Shown here: piece by piece, positions 50,125 through 59,851 of the stretch
How the letters are laid out: every line of letters starts with the position of its first letter
Position numbering within the stretch: position 1 is the first letter of the stretch
Origin: Candidatus Thorarchaeota archaeon
GTDB taxonomy: Archaea; Asgardarchaeota; Thorarchaeia; Thorarchaeales; Thorarchaeaceae
NCBI GenBank assembly: GCA_011364985.1
Contig: RDOC01000002.1
Coordinates: 1-64,000 of the forward strand
Direction of reading: 5' to 3'
Length of the DNA stretch: 64,000 nucleotides
Position numbers and translations under genes: made by a program
Notes under the pieces: generated by a model
What the model was told of the DNA's origin: nothing
Seen by the model: the letters and a program-made list of their open reading frames with translations, nothing else
The model's database searches: none

Positions 50125-50161
50125 ATCAGAGAAGAAATAGAAAACGGCCTGAATCTGGCAT

Positions 50162-50323
50162 TTATTTCATCTGACCGGTGACTCTTCCCTTTACCATCCT
50201 CTTGACAAAGTTTTTCTTGTTGCGCACTCTAGGAATGGGTGTGTGGCGTTCGCGTCCTTGAACTTTCGGTGTGGACTCTCGAACCTTTCCAGCCTTTGTA
50301 AGTGAGCCGTGTGAACCTGGCAT
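50162..50323 (-). CDS. rps30e: 30S ribosomal protein S30e; not in the ORF track
   Basis: [42 protein letters not shown]. Confidence 0.95.
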   Translation of the reverse strand: MPGSHGSLTKAGKVRESTPKVQGRERHTPIPRVRNKKNFVKRMVKGRVTGQMK

Positions 50324-50456
50324 TCATGTCTACCTCTTTGAGTAGTTAGTTTTGCAAAGGTTGCTGTTTTAAGGCTTGTCGTGTGGAGAGCTTTACAGAA
50401 GTGTTGGTAACAGTTGGACCACATGGTTTAACCGGATAAAGACACTTGGCAACATT

Positions 50457-52055
50457 ATGACTGCATCTGGAAACTATGACCTTCACAGAGCAATAATTGA
50501 AGCCCTACTGAGGTCAGATAAGGCTCTCAACAGGCAGTCTATCAATCAAATCAAGAACAAGATATGTGCTGAGTTTGGAGTGTCGAGAGTTCCTTCCAAT
50601 GCGGATATACTTCAGACGACAATCCCCGAGGAACTTGAAATTCTGGCACCACTAATGCGCAAACGCCCTGTCCGTACTGCTTCTGGGGTGTCTGTTGTGG
50701 CAGTGATGACAGACCCACAGGCATGCCCTCATGGGAAGTGTGCCTATTGTCCTGGAGGACCTGACTTAGGTGTGCCACAGAGCTATACGGGACACGAGCC
50801 AGCCACAATGAGAGGAATTCAGTACAGGTTTGACCCGTATGAACAGGTAGAGGGGCGACTTGCTCAGCTAGCTGCCATTGGACACAATATCGACAAGACA
50901 GAACTGATTGTAATGGGTGGTGACTGGTGTTCAAAGGCCTTTGACTATCGTGAGAAGTTTGTCAAGGGATGTATCGATGCAATGAATGGAGAGGTCGGCA
51001 GGAGTCTTTCTGATGCTATACACCTCAATGAATACGCATCTGTACGGAATGTTGGCATGACGTTTGAAACAAGACCAGACTGGGTAACAGAACAAACCAT
51101 CAATGAGATGCTGGAGTTCGGTGCAACGAGAGTAGAGGTGGGAGTTCAAAGCCTCTCAAATGAAACCCTAAAGCGAGTTGAAAGGGGCCATGGTGTTGAA
51201 GAAACAATAGCGGCCACCAAGAAGCTAAGAGATAGTGGACTGAAGATATGTTATCATATGATGCCTGGACTGCCAGGAAATACTCCTGAAAGCGATATTG
51301 AAGAATTTGTCACTCTTTTCGCTGATCCTCAATTCAGACCCGACATGTTCAAGATTTATCCTACAATTGTGGTGAAGAATACCAAGCTCTACGAATGGTG
51401 GAGAAAGGGCAAGTACTCACCCTATACAAACAGCCAGATGATTGACCTTGTTGCAAAAGCAGTGAGTCTAATGCCAGAGTACGTCCGAATTCAGAGAATG
51501 CAGCGTGATATTCCACTCCATCAAATCGAGGCCGGTCTCAGCGTGGGAAACTTAAGAGAGCTAGTGCATGAAAAGATGAGAAAGGAAGGGCTTAGAAATC
51601 CAACCATTCGATACCGAGAGATTGGCCATTTCCAAATGAGGACCAAGGCTGAAATCAACTTGGAGAACATTCGGTCGGTCCGCCGTGACTACGATGCTGC
51701 AGGGGGTACAGAGATTTTTCTGTCGTACGAAGAATCAGACTTAGACATCATCTTTGGATTTCTTCGTTTGAGAATTCCTAGTGAAAAAACATTCAGACCA
51801 GAGATATCGCAAAGACCCTGTGCCATTATTCGAGAACTTCGTGTATATGGTCCAATGGTGGAAATTGGGCAAAGAAATCCGGAAGCATGGCAGCATTTAG
51901 GCCTTGGCGAGAAAATGATCGAGTTAGCAGAAATGATTGGTAGAGACGAATACGATTCGAAAAGAATCTTGGTGAACAGTGGAATTGGTGCAAAACCATA
52001 TTATCGCGCGTTGGGGTTTGATGATTTGGGTCCTTTCTTGTCGAAACCTGTCTAG
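50457..52055 (+). CDS. elp3: Elp3 tRNA U34 carboxymethylation radical SAM/KAT enzyme
   Basis: RTASGV, CPHGKCAYCPGG, QSYTG.EP, ETRPD, KIYPT, IRELRVYG, QH.G.G. Confidence 0.96.
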   Translation: MTASGNYDLHRAIIEALLRSDKALNRQSINQIKNKICAEFGVSRVPSNADILQTTIPEELEILAPLMRKRPVRTASGVSVVAVMTDPQACPHGKCAYCPGGPDLGVPQSYTGHEPATMRGIQYRFDPYEQVEGRLAQLAAIGHNIDKTELIVMGGDWCSKAFDYREKFVKGCIDAMNGEVGRSLSDAIHLNEYASVRNVGMTFETRPDWVTEQTINEMLEFGATRVEVGVQSLSNETLKRVERGHGVEETIAATKKLRDSGLKICYHMMPGLPGNTPESDIEEFVTLFADPQFRPDMFKIYPTIVVKNTKLYEWWRKGKYSPYTNSQMIDLVAKAVSLMPEYVRIQRMQRDIPLHQIEAGLSVGNLRELVHEKMRKEGLRNPTIRYREIGHFQMRTKAEINLENIRSVRRDYDAAGGTEIFLSYEESDLDIIFGFLRLRIPSEKTFRPEISQRPCAIIRELRVYGPMVEIGQRNPEAWQHLGLGEKMIELAEMIGRDEYDSKRILVNSGIGAKPYYRALGFDDLGPFLSKPV

Positions 52056-52154
52056 ATCTAAAGCCCGTAGTCTAAGCCGTTGCAGAGCTTCAATCTTTTC
52101 CTGCCATTATAAAATTGGTATCAATACGCAGATTTTAGGAAAAAAAAGAAGAAA

Positions 52155-52272
52155 TGGCGCCGAGGATGAGATTCGAACTCATGCGTGACAAAGCACACTG
52201 GTTGGCTTGGTTTGTTTCCGGAGAAACTGATTTTCAAGACCAGCGCCGTAATCCGGGCTTGGCTACCTCGGC
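52155..52272 (-). tRNA. tRNA-Ser(UGA) with 29-nt canonical intron (52204-52232)
   Basis: GCCGAGGUAGCCAAGCCCGGAUUACGGCGCUGGUCUUGAA|..|AACCAGUGUGCUUUGUCACGCAUGAGUUCGAAUCUCAUCCUCGGCGCCA; long variable arm; CUUG/CAAG splice helix. Confidence 0.93.
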
Positions 52273-52360
52273 TCTTTCTTGCAGACCCTAGAGGACCAAC
52301 GGTTGCAAGCCGTTGGAAATGCCTTTTAAGCTTCGTGTAGTGGTTTCTGAAAGACAGAGG

Positions 52361-52798
52361 ATGACGCCTAGACAGGGTTTCGAGTTTCACGAGCACACCG
52401 CTGACATTACAATAGAATGTTGGGCATCGTCATTAAAGGAGGCTTTTGAACAAGCTGCATTGGCAACTTTTGAAGTAATATTGAACACAGATACTGTGAG
52501 GCCGATAGAATCTGTGAATGTTAGTGTACAGGGGATTGATATTCAGGAACTCCTTGTTGAGTGGATTGGACACTTGATTGCACTGATTGACATTAATACT
52601 CAGTTCTACTCAATGTTCGAGGTATTGGAGCTTGATGAGAAAGATGAAGGCTGTTCTCTCAAAGGAAGAGTTTGGGGGGAGGAGATTGACCTTGATAGAC
52701 ATGAAACACGAACTGAAGTCAAAGCAATGACTTATGCTGATATGAGAATTGATCAGCGGCCAGAGTCCACGACTCTCTGGTTCACCTTAGACCTCTAG
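52361..52798 (+). CDS. archease
   Basis: EHTAD, EAFEQAA, EVKAMTY, LDL end. Confidence 0.93.
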   Translation: MTPRQGFEFHEHTADITIECWASSLKEAFEQAALATFEVILNTDTVRPIESVNVSVQGIDIQELLVEWIGHLIALIDINTQFYSMFEVLELDEKDEGCSLKGRVWGEEIDLDRHETRTEVKAMTYADMRIDQRPESTTLWFTLDL

Positions 52799-52809
52799 GA
52801 GGGAGCCTC

Positions 52810-53673
52810 TTGACGCTGGAAGTTGCTATCCCTGATACTGCCCTGATAGACTGCTCAGACCTTCGACAAAAGACCGTAAAGCTGGGGCTTCTTGGGCGAG
52901 CCTTTGCGGTGTTTAAGGTTGACAAAATTTGGTTGTATAAGACAGAGAAACTCTCCCAAAGACAGCTACGCGATGTGGAATTGATAATGGGCCTGTTGAG
53001 ATATATGGACACACCTCAGTATCTCCGAAAACGAATCTTTCCCAAGTCACCAATGCTGAAATATGCAGGCATTTTGCCACCTCTCAGAACACAGAGCCAC
53101 CCTCTGGGAGAGGCTTCGAAACCCATCACAGAGGAAGATATTCGGTGGGGAGTTCAGGTACGAGCAGGAAAAATAGACATCGGCCTAGACCAATTGGTTG
53201 ACTTTTCAGAGAGTGTTAGTGAGCGAGAACCGACACAATTTCGAATCGTTAAGACACAGCCTAGGATAAAACTAGAAATCATTGGACATACCGAGATTGG
53301 AAAATACTGGGGTTGGGAAATCAGAAAGACTCCCTCAATATCTGAAGAGCTCGAAAAGATGTCCCAAAAAACGCGAATTGCATTCTCACGAAATGGAGTG
53401 GATTATAATCGGATTGAATCCGAGATCAAATCTACGGTGTCTGGCACAAGAGCAGTAGTGGCCCTTTTTGGTGGTCCTAGGAGAGGGATTTCAAAGCTTG
53501 TTTCAAGGGAACTGTCATCACTGAAACAGCATGTTGATTTTTGGGTTAATACAATACCAGACCAAGGAACTGAAACTGTCAGACTTGAAGAGGCTCTGTT
53601 AATCAGTCTAGGTATATTGAATAACTCGGTTGGAGCTCTACTGTCAGAGCCCGGTTATTACGAAAGCATATAG
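52810..53673 (+). CDS. SPOUT RNA methyltransferase (DUF171/SPOUT1-like)
   Basis: TPQYLRK, AGILPPL, FGGP..G, NTIPDQGTETVRLEEA. Confidence 0.9.
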   Translation: MTLEVAIPDTALIDCSDLRQKTVKLGLLGRAFAVFKVDKIWLYKTEKLSQRQLRDVELIMGLLRYMDTPQYLRKRIFPKSPMLKYAGILPPLRTQSHPLGEASKPITEEDIRWGVQVRAGKIDIGLDQLVDFSESVSEREPTQFRIVKTQPRIKLEIIGHTEIGKYWGWEIRKTPSISEELEKMSQKTRIAFSRNGVDYNRIESEIKSTVSGTRAVVALFGGPRRGISKLVSRELSSLKQHVDFWVNTIPDQGTETVRLEEALLISLGILNNSVGALLSEPGYYESI

Positions 53674-53754
53674 TCAAACCTTGTATTCACCATGGGTTTT
53701 ATAGTGTAATAATAGCAAGCGAAATCGTAATGATGGACCTATGCCCAGTATTCG

Positions 53755-56133
53755 GTGAATCGTATTATGATGTCAAAGAGAGTGAAACACCTCAGAAGGG
53801 ATAGTATTGAAACTGTGCCCTATATTTCAACTGAGCGAGCAGAATTGCTTACCGACTTTTATAAGAGCGGAAAAGCAGATACACTCTCCACTCCTGTGGC
53901 TCGAGCCTCGGCTTTCCGTCATATTCTGCTCAATAAGGAAGTCTACATTGGTGACAATGAGCTCATTGTAGGAGAACGCGGGCCAAGTCCACGAGCTACT
54001 CCAACATATCCAGAATTGTGTTGCCACAGCATTGCCGATTTAGAAACTTGCCATAGTAGAGCACGATCAAGGTTCATTGTTAATGAAGATACAAAAGAAA
54101 CCTACCAGGATGAAATAATCCCATTTTGGCGCGGTAGGGCTATGCGCGAACAGGTCTTTGCTTCGGTGTCGGATGATTGGATGAGAGCATTTGAAACAGG
54201 TGTCTTTACAGAGTTTATGGAACAGCGAGCGCCAGGTCATGCCATTCTTGACGACAAGATATACCGGAGAGGGGTACGAGAGATTATACAAGACATTGAT
54301 GAACGTCTGTTGAAGATTGATTTTTACCGAGATCCTGATGCCTATACAAAGGATCAGAATCTGAGAGCAATGCGTATTGCAGCTGAAGCCATCATTGAAT
54401 TTGCACAAAGATATGCAGATAAGGCCATGGAAATGGCAGAAAAAGAACCGAACCCTGAGCGGGAAAAGGAACTGAAGAGAATTGCTGATGTTTGTAATCA
54501 TGTTCCTGCGAATGCTTCGCGCACCTTCTGGGAAGCCTTGCAGTCTTATTGGTTCATTCATCTTGGAGTCATTACGGAACTGAATGTGTGGGATAGTTTC
54601 AATCCTGGTAGACTTGATCAGCATCTATGTTCCTTCTATGAAAAAGAACTTCAGACTGGTGAATTGACACGTGATTTCGCAAAAGAGTTACTTGAATGCT
54701 TCTGGATAAAGGTACATAATCAACCTGCACCACCTAAAGTTGACATTACAGAAGAACAGAGCGGCACATATCAGGACTTCACTCTCATCAATACAGGAGG
54801 GCTGACAGTTGATGGAGAGAATGCTGTCAACGATGTGTCATATCTCCTGCTTGAAGTGTGCGAAGAGATGCAACTAATGATGCCTAGCCTGTGCGTGCAG
54901 GTCAGTGAACAGACTCCTGATGATTTTCTCTTGAGAACAACAGAAGTAGTTGCTACTGGGTTTGGGCAGCCCTCTATTTTCAATACGGATGTGATAATTG
55001 AAGAATTTCTTCGGATGGGTAAATCAATCGAAGATGCCCGTTGTGGAGGACCTAGCGGCTGTGTTACCATTGGAGCCTTCGGGAAGGAGAGCGTGATTCT
55101 TACTGGGTATATGAACTTGCCAAAGATACTCGAACTGACATTAAATAATGGTATTGACCCATTGACAAAGAAGCAAGTTGGAATAGAATCAGGCAATCCA
55201 TTAGACTTTGAATCGTTCGATGAGTTATTTGATGCTTTCAGTCAGCAATTGGAGCATTTTGTTAATCTAAAGATACAGGGTAACAACATCATTGAACGAC
55301 TCTATGCAATGTATATGCCTTCCCCATTCATGTCTATACTCATGGATGATTGTATTAAGAGAGCCAAGGATTATCATGACGGAGGATCCAGATATAATTC
55401 CACGTACATTCAAGGAGTGGGAATAGGTACGATAACCGATTGCCTCTCTGCAATCAAGCACCATGTCTTTGACAAGAAAAGCCTTTCAATAGCTGCTTTG
55501 CTAACTGCTTTGAAAGATGATTTTGAAGGACATGAAACGCTGCAGCAGATGCTGATGAATAGGACCCCAACTTATGGAAATGATGATGACTTTGCAGACA
55601 GTCTTGCTATGGCTGTATTTGATGACTACTTCAACAATCTAGATGGTCGACCAAACACAAAAGGTGGTGAATACCGTATGAATCTTCTCCCCACAACAGT
55701 TCACATTTACTTTGGGCAAGTCACAGGTGCAACACCAAATGGAAGAAGAGCAGGACAACCACTCTCAGACGGAATATCTCCGTCTCATGGTGTCGACATC
55801 AAGGGACCTACTGCAGTCATAAAATCAGCCTCCAAGATTGATCATAGACGTACTGGAGGCACATTATTGAACCAGAAACTGATGCCGGACCTCTTAGCAG
55901 ATAATGAAGGTCGAATGAATCTCGTCTATCTAATTAGAACATACTTCAAGCTTGGTGGTCATCATATTCAGTTCAATGTGGTTGACAGAGAAACTCTTTT
56001 GAATGCTCAGAATCATCCAGAATTATATGGCGACCTCATTGTTAGAGTGGCTGGGTATAGTGATTACTTCGTCAATCTTGGGAAGCCTCTTCAAGATGAG
56101 ATCATTGCTCGAACAGAGCAGAAGTTTCTCTGA
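53755..56133 (+). CDS. glycyl radical enzyme, HypD-like clade
   Basis: FTEFMEQRAPGH, NQPAPPKV, SGCV, LPTT.H.YFG, RVAGYS glycyl-radical motif. Confidence 0.9.
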   Translation: MNRIMMSKRVKHLRRDSIETVPYISTERAELLTDFYKSGKADTLSTPVARASAFRHILLNKEVYIGDNELIVGERGPSPRATPTYPELCCHSIADLETCHSRARSRFIVNEDTKETYQDEIIPFWRGRAMREQVFASVSDDWMRAFETGVFTEFMEQRAPGHAILDDKIYRRGVREIIQDIDERLLKIDFYRDPDAYTKDQNLRAMRIAAEAIIEFAQRYADKAMEMAEKEPNPEREKELKRIADVCNHVPANASRTFWEALQSYWFIHLGVITELNVWDSFNPGRLDQHLCSFYEKELQTGELTRDFAKELLECFWIKVHNQPAPPKVDITEEQSGTYQDFTLINTGGLTVDGENAVNDVSYLLLEVCEEMQLMMPSLCVQVSEQTPDDFLLRTTEVVATGFGQPSIFNTDVIIEEFLRMGKSIEDARCGGPSGCVTIGAFGKESVILTGYMNLPKILELTLNNGIDPLTKKQVGIESGNPLDFESFDELFDAFSQQLEHFVNLKIQGNNIIERLYAMYMPSPFMSILMDDCIKRAKDYHDGGSRYNSTYIQGVGIGTITDCLSAIKHHVFDKKSLSIAALLTALKDDFEGHETLQQMLMNRTPTYGNDDDFADSLAMAVFDDYFNNLDGRPNTKGGEYRMNLLPTTVHIYFGQVTGATPNGRRAGQPLSDGISPSHGVDIKGPTAVIKSASKIDHRRTGGTLLNQKLMPDLLADNEGRMNLVYLIRTYFKLGGHHIQFNVVDRETLLNAQNHPELYGDLIVRVAGYSDYFVNLGKPLQDEIIARTEQKFL

Positions 56134-56450
56134 TTTGAAGCGAGGATCTGGCGTTGACTTAGTCAGGTCGATATGGCTTTCTCTCACAATATGTCTAATG
56201 ATTATCTTAAGATCGATGGACAAACAAACCATTTCAACTCAGAAATAGGATATAGATATTTGTCAAAAGCCTGAGAACAATGAGAATGACCGACACAGGC
56301 CTTCATAAATAGAGGGTCCATTCCACTAGTGATTCTAAGAAAGTTGGTCAGTGGGTAAGTTTTAAAAGATGACTCCCGTTCGAGCCCTGCAGTAGTACGA
56401 ATAGCCCAGTCAGTAGGCCGTTCGGTACGGGAAAGATGCGATGTGATTTA

Positions 56451-57458
56451 ATGGCACATAGAAAGAAGCATGCACCAAGACACGGTAGTCTAGCATATTT
56501 GCCGCATGGTCGGGCTTCGAAATTTTTACCCCGCATCAAGAACTGGCCTGAGTATGATGATTCGGCTGCAAAACTACTTGGTTTCGTTGGATACAAGGCT
56601 GGTATGACCCATGCTGTAGTAACCGTTGATAATCCCAATAGCCCATTCAAGGGTCAGGAGACTGTCATCCCTGTTACAGTGATAGACGTTCCACCAATAC
56701 GACCATTTTCAATAAGGGGATATAATGTAACAGTATATGGAAAACAACTTGTGACAGAAGTTTTGGCTGAGAACCTAACAGAAGACCTCCGTAGAGTATT
56801 TCCTATGCCAAAGAGCTATGACTTCGAAGCCAAGTTACAGGAGTTTGAGAACCAACTCGACTCGCTTGCCGAGATTCGGATGCTAATCCACACTCAGCCC
56901 AGACTTGCAGGGGTTCCTAAAAAGAAGCCTGATATTACTGAATACAAGATTGGCGCTCCTAGTGTCACTGATGCCTTTGAATATGCTAAGGAGATCCTTG
57001 GAGCTGATATTCGTGTTGCAGACATCTTGGAAGAAGGGATGCTTATCGACTCAATTGCTGTTACTAAAGGCCATGGCTTTCAAGGACCTGTACGTCGATG
57101 GGGCATACGGATTCTCCAGCATAAATCACGGAAGACCAAGCGAGGTGTGGGATGTATTGGCCCTTGGTCACCAACAAACATCAGGTATACAGTTCCGAGA
57201 CCTGGTCAGACAGGTTTTCATACACGTACCAGTTTCAATAATATCATCGTGAAGCTTGGAGAACGTGGTGAGGAGATTACTCCCTCCGGGGGCTTTGTCA
57301 ACTATGGAGTTATCCGTGGTGATTATGTAATGCTAAAAGGCTCAGTCCCAGGCTCAGTAAAGCGACCAGTCCGATTGCGATTTGCCGTACGTCCGAAAAG
57401 AAAACACGAGGTCAAGCCGATTCAGGTGAGCTATGTTAGTACCACCTCGAAGCAATGA
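56451..57458 (+). CDS. rpl3: 50S ribosomal protein L3
   Basis: PRHGSL, GYKAGMTH, TKG.GFQGPV.RWG. Confidence 0.97.
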   Translation: MAHRKKHAPRHGSLAYLPHGRASKFLPRIKNWPEYDDSAAKLLGFVGYKAGMTHAVVTVDNPNSPFKGQETVIPVTVIDVPPIRPFSIRGYNVTVYGKQLVTEVLAENLTEDLRRVFPMPKSYDFEAKLQEFENQLDSLAEIRMLIHTQPRLAGVPKKKPDITEYKIGAPSVTDAFEYAKEILGADIRVADILEEGMLIDSIAVTKGHGFQGPVRRWGIRILQHKSRKTKRGVGCIGPWSPTNIRYTVPRPGQTGFHTRTSFNNIIVKLGERGEEITPSGGFVNYGVIRGDYVMLKGSVPGSVKRPVRLRFAVRPKRKHEVKPIQVSYVSTTSKQ

Positions 57459-57475
57459 TAGGGAGATAAGAAATA

Positions 57476-58264
57476 ATGGCAAGTGTATCTACATATTCTC
57501 TAAAAGGAAAAGCTGGCTCAAAGGTCAAGCTTCCGCAGCAGTTCGAAACTCCTTATAGGCCAGATATTATCAAAAGAGCAGTCTTGTCGCTGCAGTCCAA
57601 GAAACGTCAGCCACACGGTGTTGATGAGCTGGCAGGAAAAAGAAATACTGCCCAGAGCTGGCAAACAGGCCATGGAAGGTCTAGAGTACCGCGTGTGAAA
57701 GGCAGTGGAACATTAGCTGCAAATAAGGCGGCTTTTGCTCCTGGTACAGTTGGTGGAAGAGTTGCTCATCCATCCGAAGCAAGAAAAGTGATTATTGAGA
57801 GAATCAATAAGAAGGAGAATCGTCTTGCTATCAGATCAGCCATAGCTGCAACAGCAGACCAAAGAATAATTGGTTACAGAGGCCATAAGGTAGGATCTGT
57901 ACCTGAGATTCCTCTCGTAGTCGACGACAAGATTGAAACTCTTCAGACCACGAAAGAGGTCAGAGATGTTGTGATGTCGCTAGGGTTGGAAGATGACCTC
58001 TTCAGAGCCATTCAAGGTCGTGGCATCAGAGCAGGAAAGGGCAAGATGCGCGGCCGGAGGAAGAAAACTCCAAAGTCATTCTTGATAGTTGTAGGAAAAG
58101 ACCAAGGGATAAGGAAGGCAGCCCGAAATCTGCCAGGTGTGGATGTTGCAGTGGTACACGGGCTTAATGCAGAATTACTTGCTCCTGGAACTCATGCCGG
58201 AAGACTTGTTGTCTGGTCAAAGTCGGCTATCGAGAAATTGGAGCAGGAAGCTCTCTTCATGTGA
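57476..58264 (+). CDS. rpl4: 50S ribosomal protein L4
   Basis: RPDII.RAV, SW.TG.G.SR.PR, RAGKGKMRGR, LAPG.H.GRL. Confidence 0.97.
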   Translation: MASVSTYSLKGKAGSKVKLPQQFETPYRPDIIKRAVLSLQSKKRQPHGVDELAGKRNTAQSWQTGHGRSRVPRVKGSGTLAANKAAFAPGTVGGRVAHPSEARKVIIERINKKENRLAIRSAIAATADQRIIGYRGHKVGSVPEIPLVVDDKIETLQTTKEVRDVVMSLGLEDDLFRAIQGRGIRAGKGKMRGRRKKTPKSFLIVVGKDQGIRKAARNLPGVDVAVVHGLNAELLAPGTHAGRLVVWSKSAIEKLEQEALFM

Positions 58265-58275
58265 GGTGAGAAGTC

Positions 58276-58536
58276 ATGGATCCAAATGAGATAATCATAA
58301 GACCTGTAATCACAGAAGCCAGCCTCGAATCCGTAGACAGTCACAATCGACTCACCTTCTATGTCAATCGGAGAGCTAACAAGAACACAATTCGGTGGGC
58401 TGTGGAAACCCTCTATGAAGTCGTTGTAGAGAAAGTAAACACGTTGATACTGCCTGATGGAAGAAAGAAGGCATTCGTGCGTCTGGCACCTGAGTATAGT
58501 GCTGCAGAGGTTGCAACCAACCTTGGGATATTCTAA
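58276..58536 (+). CDS. rpl23: 50S ribosomal protein L23
   Basis: P.ITE, N.LTF.V, KVNTLI..G.KKA.V.L. Confidence 0.96.
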   Translation: MDPNEIIIRPVITEASLESVDSHNRLTFYVNRRANKNTIRWAVETLYEVVVEKVNTLILPDGRKKAFVRLAPEYSAAEVATNLGIF

Positions 58537-58548
58537 GGAGGCCTCAAA

Positions 58549-59268
58549 ATGGGTAGACGTATACTCGTTCAGCGCAAGGGAAGAGGAACAACTCAATGGA
58601 GAAGCCCCAGTCATAAGAAAATTGCTCCTGCCAGACATCCAAAATGGGCACCGGAGAAGACCTATACTGGAAAAGTGACGAATCTTCTCCATGAAGCTGG
58701 CAGAGGAGCTCCGCTAGCTGAAGTCAGATATGAAAATGAAGCAAGAATCCACTATATGATAGCCCCTGAAGGAATTATGATTGGTCAGGCAGTTGAATGC
58801 GGAGAAGATGCAACCCTTCAAAATGGGAACACTCTCATGCTTCAACATATTCCAGAGGGAACACCTGTCTACAATATTGAAGGAAGTCCCGGAGATGGGG
58901 GAAAGTATGTGAGAGCATCTGGTCTCACAGCCACAATAGTCTCCATAGACCCAACTAAGGCCATGGTCAGGCTTCCCAGCGGTCACCAAAAGTCGTTTAG
59001 CCCAAAATGCCGTGCCACGATTGGAATAGTTGCCGGTGGCGGAAGAACCGAAAAACCGTTCCTTAAAGCAGGTGCTGTTTGGCACCACACTCGTGGAAAG
59101 GCAAGGAAATGGCCTGTTGTCCGAGGAGCTGCAATGAATGCGTGCAGTCATCCTCATGGAGGAGGCTCACATCAGTCCCCCGGACGTCCTACAACTGTTA
59201 GTAGGAATGCGCCTCCAGGTAGAAAAGTTGGCAATATCGCCGCTAGACGAACTGGCAGAAAGAAGTAG
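58549..59268 (+). CDS. rpl2: 50S ribosomal protein L2
   Basis: MGRRI..QRKG, WP.VRG.AMN...HPHGGG, PPGRKVG.IAARRTG. Confidence 0.97.
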   Translation: MGRRILVQRKGRGTTQWRSPSHKKIAPARHPKWAPEKTYTGKVTNLLHEAGRGAPLAEVRYENEARIHYMIAPEGIMIGQAVECGEDATLQNGNTLMLQHIPEGTPVYNIEGSPGDGGKYVRASGLTATIVSIDPTKAMVRLPSGHQKSFSPKCRATIGIVAGGGRTEKPFLKAGAVWHHTRGKARKWPVVRGAAMNACSHPHGGGSHQSPGRPTTVSRNAPPGRKVGNIAARRTGRKK

Positions 59269-59470
59269 ATTCGAAGAAAGGATTCCTCTCTTCACTCCTC
59301 TTCTTTGACCAGATATTGTTGGATCAAAAAGCAGTCATTATGAAAAAGTGAAAGATGATAGGCAGAGTGACCTTCCAATAGACCACTCTGTCACCGAAAG
59401 GTAGTTCTGTATTTGTCAGGGACACAGAACAAAAGCGACATTGATGACATCAATGGACCATTGAAGAAGA

Positions 59471-59560
59471 TTAATCTTCATCGTCCAAATCGTCATCTTC
59501 GTCCCAGTCGTCTTCGTCCCAGTCGTCGTCTTCATCCCAATCGTCTTCGTCGAAGCGCAT
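59471..59560 (-). CDS. 29-aa hyper-acidic Trp-repeat micro-peptide; not in the ORF track
   Basis: MRFDEDDWDEDDDWDEDDWDEDDDLDDED*; SD GAGGTG 9 nt upstream; repeats differ at synonymous positions. Confidence 0.65.
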   Translation of the reverse strand: MRFDEDDWDEDDDWDEDDWDEDDDLDDED

Positions 59561-59851
59561 TGAGCAATACACCTCAAAATCCATATCTAACATGAATAGA
59601 GTAAAGTATACCCCAAAACCAATGAGAGAAAATAAACTCTCTTTTTTTCCAAAATACTGCTATGAGATGATATAGGGGAGCTGAAGGGGTTATCAACATT
59701 GTTTTATATTTCGGAAAGACTAAAGATGTTGATTGACAATTTTGGACACTTATTCCTATGTGAAGTTTCTGTCACCTTGGAAAGGTGTAAAAGCGATATT
59801 GTGAGTAATGAAATACACATGCTTTGATTCGTTTTTGAAGAGGACTAGTGA

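Noticed and set aside
59413-59595. 60-aa + strand ORF with RLRPS repeats
   Set aside because: Antisense shadow of the acidic peptide, which has the SD and the synonymous variation.
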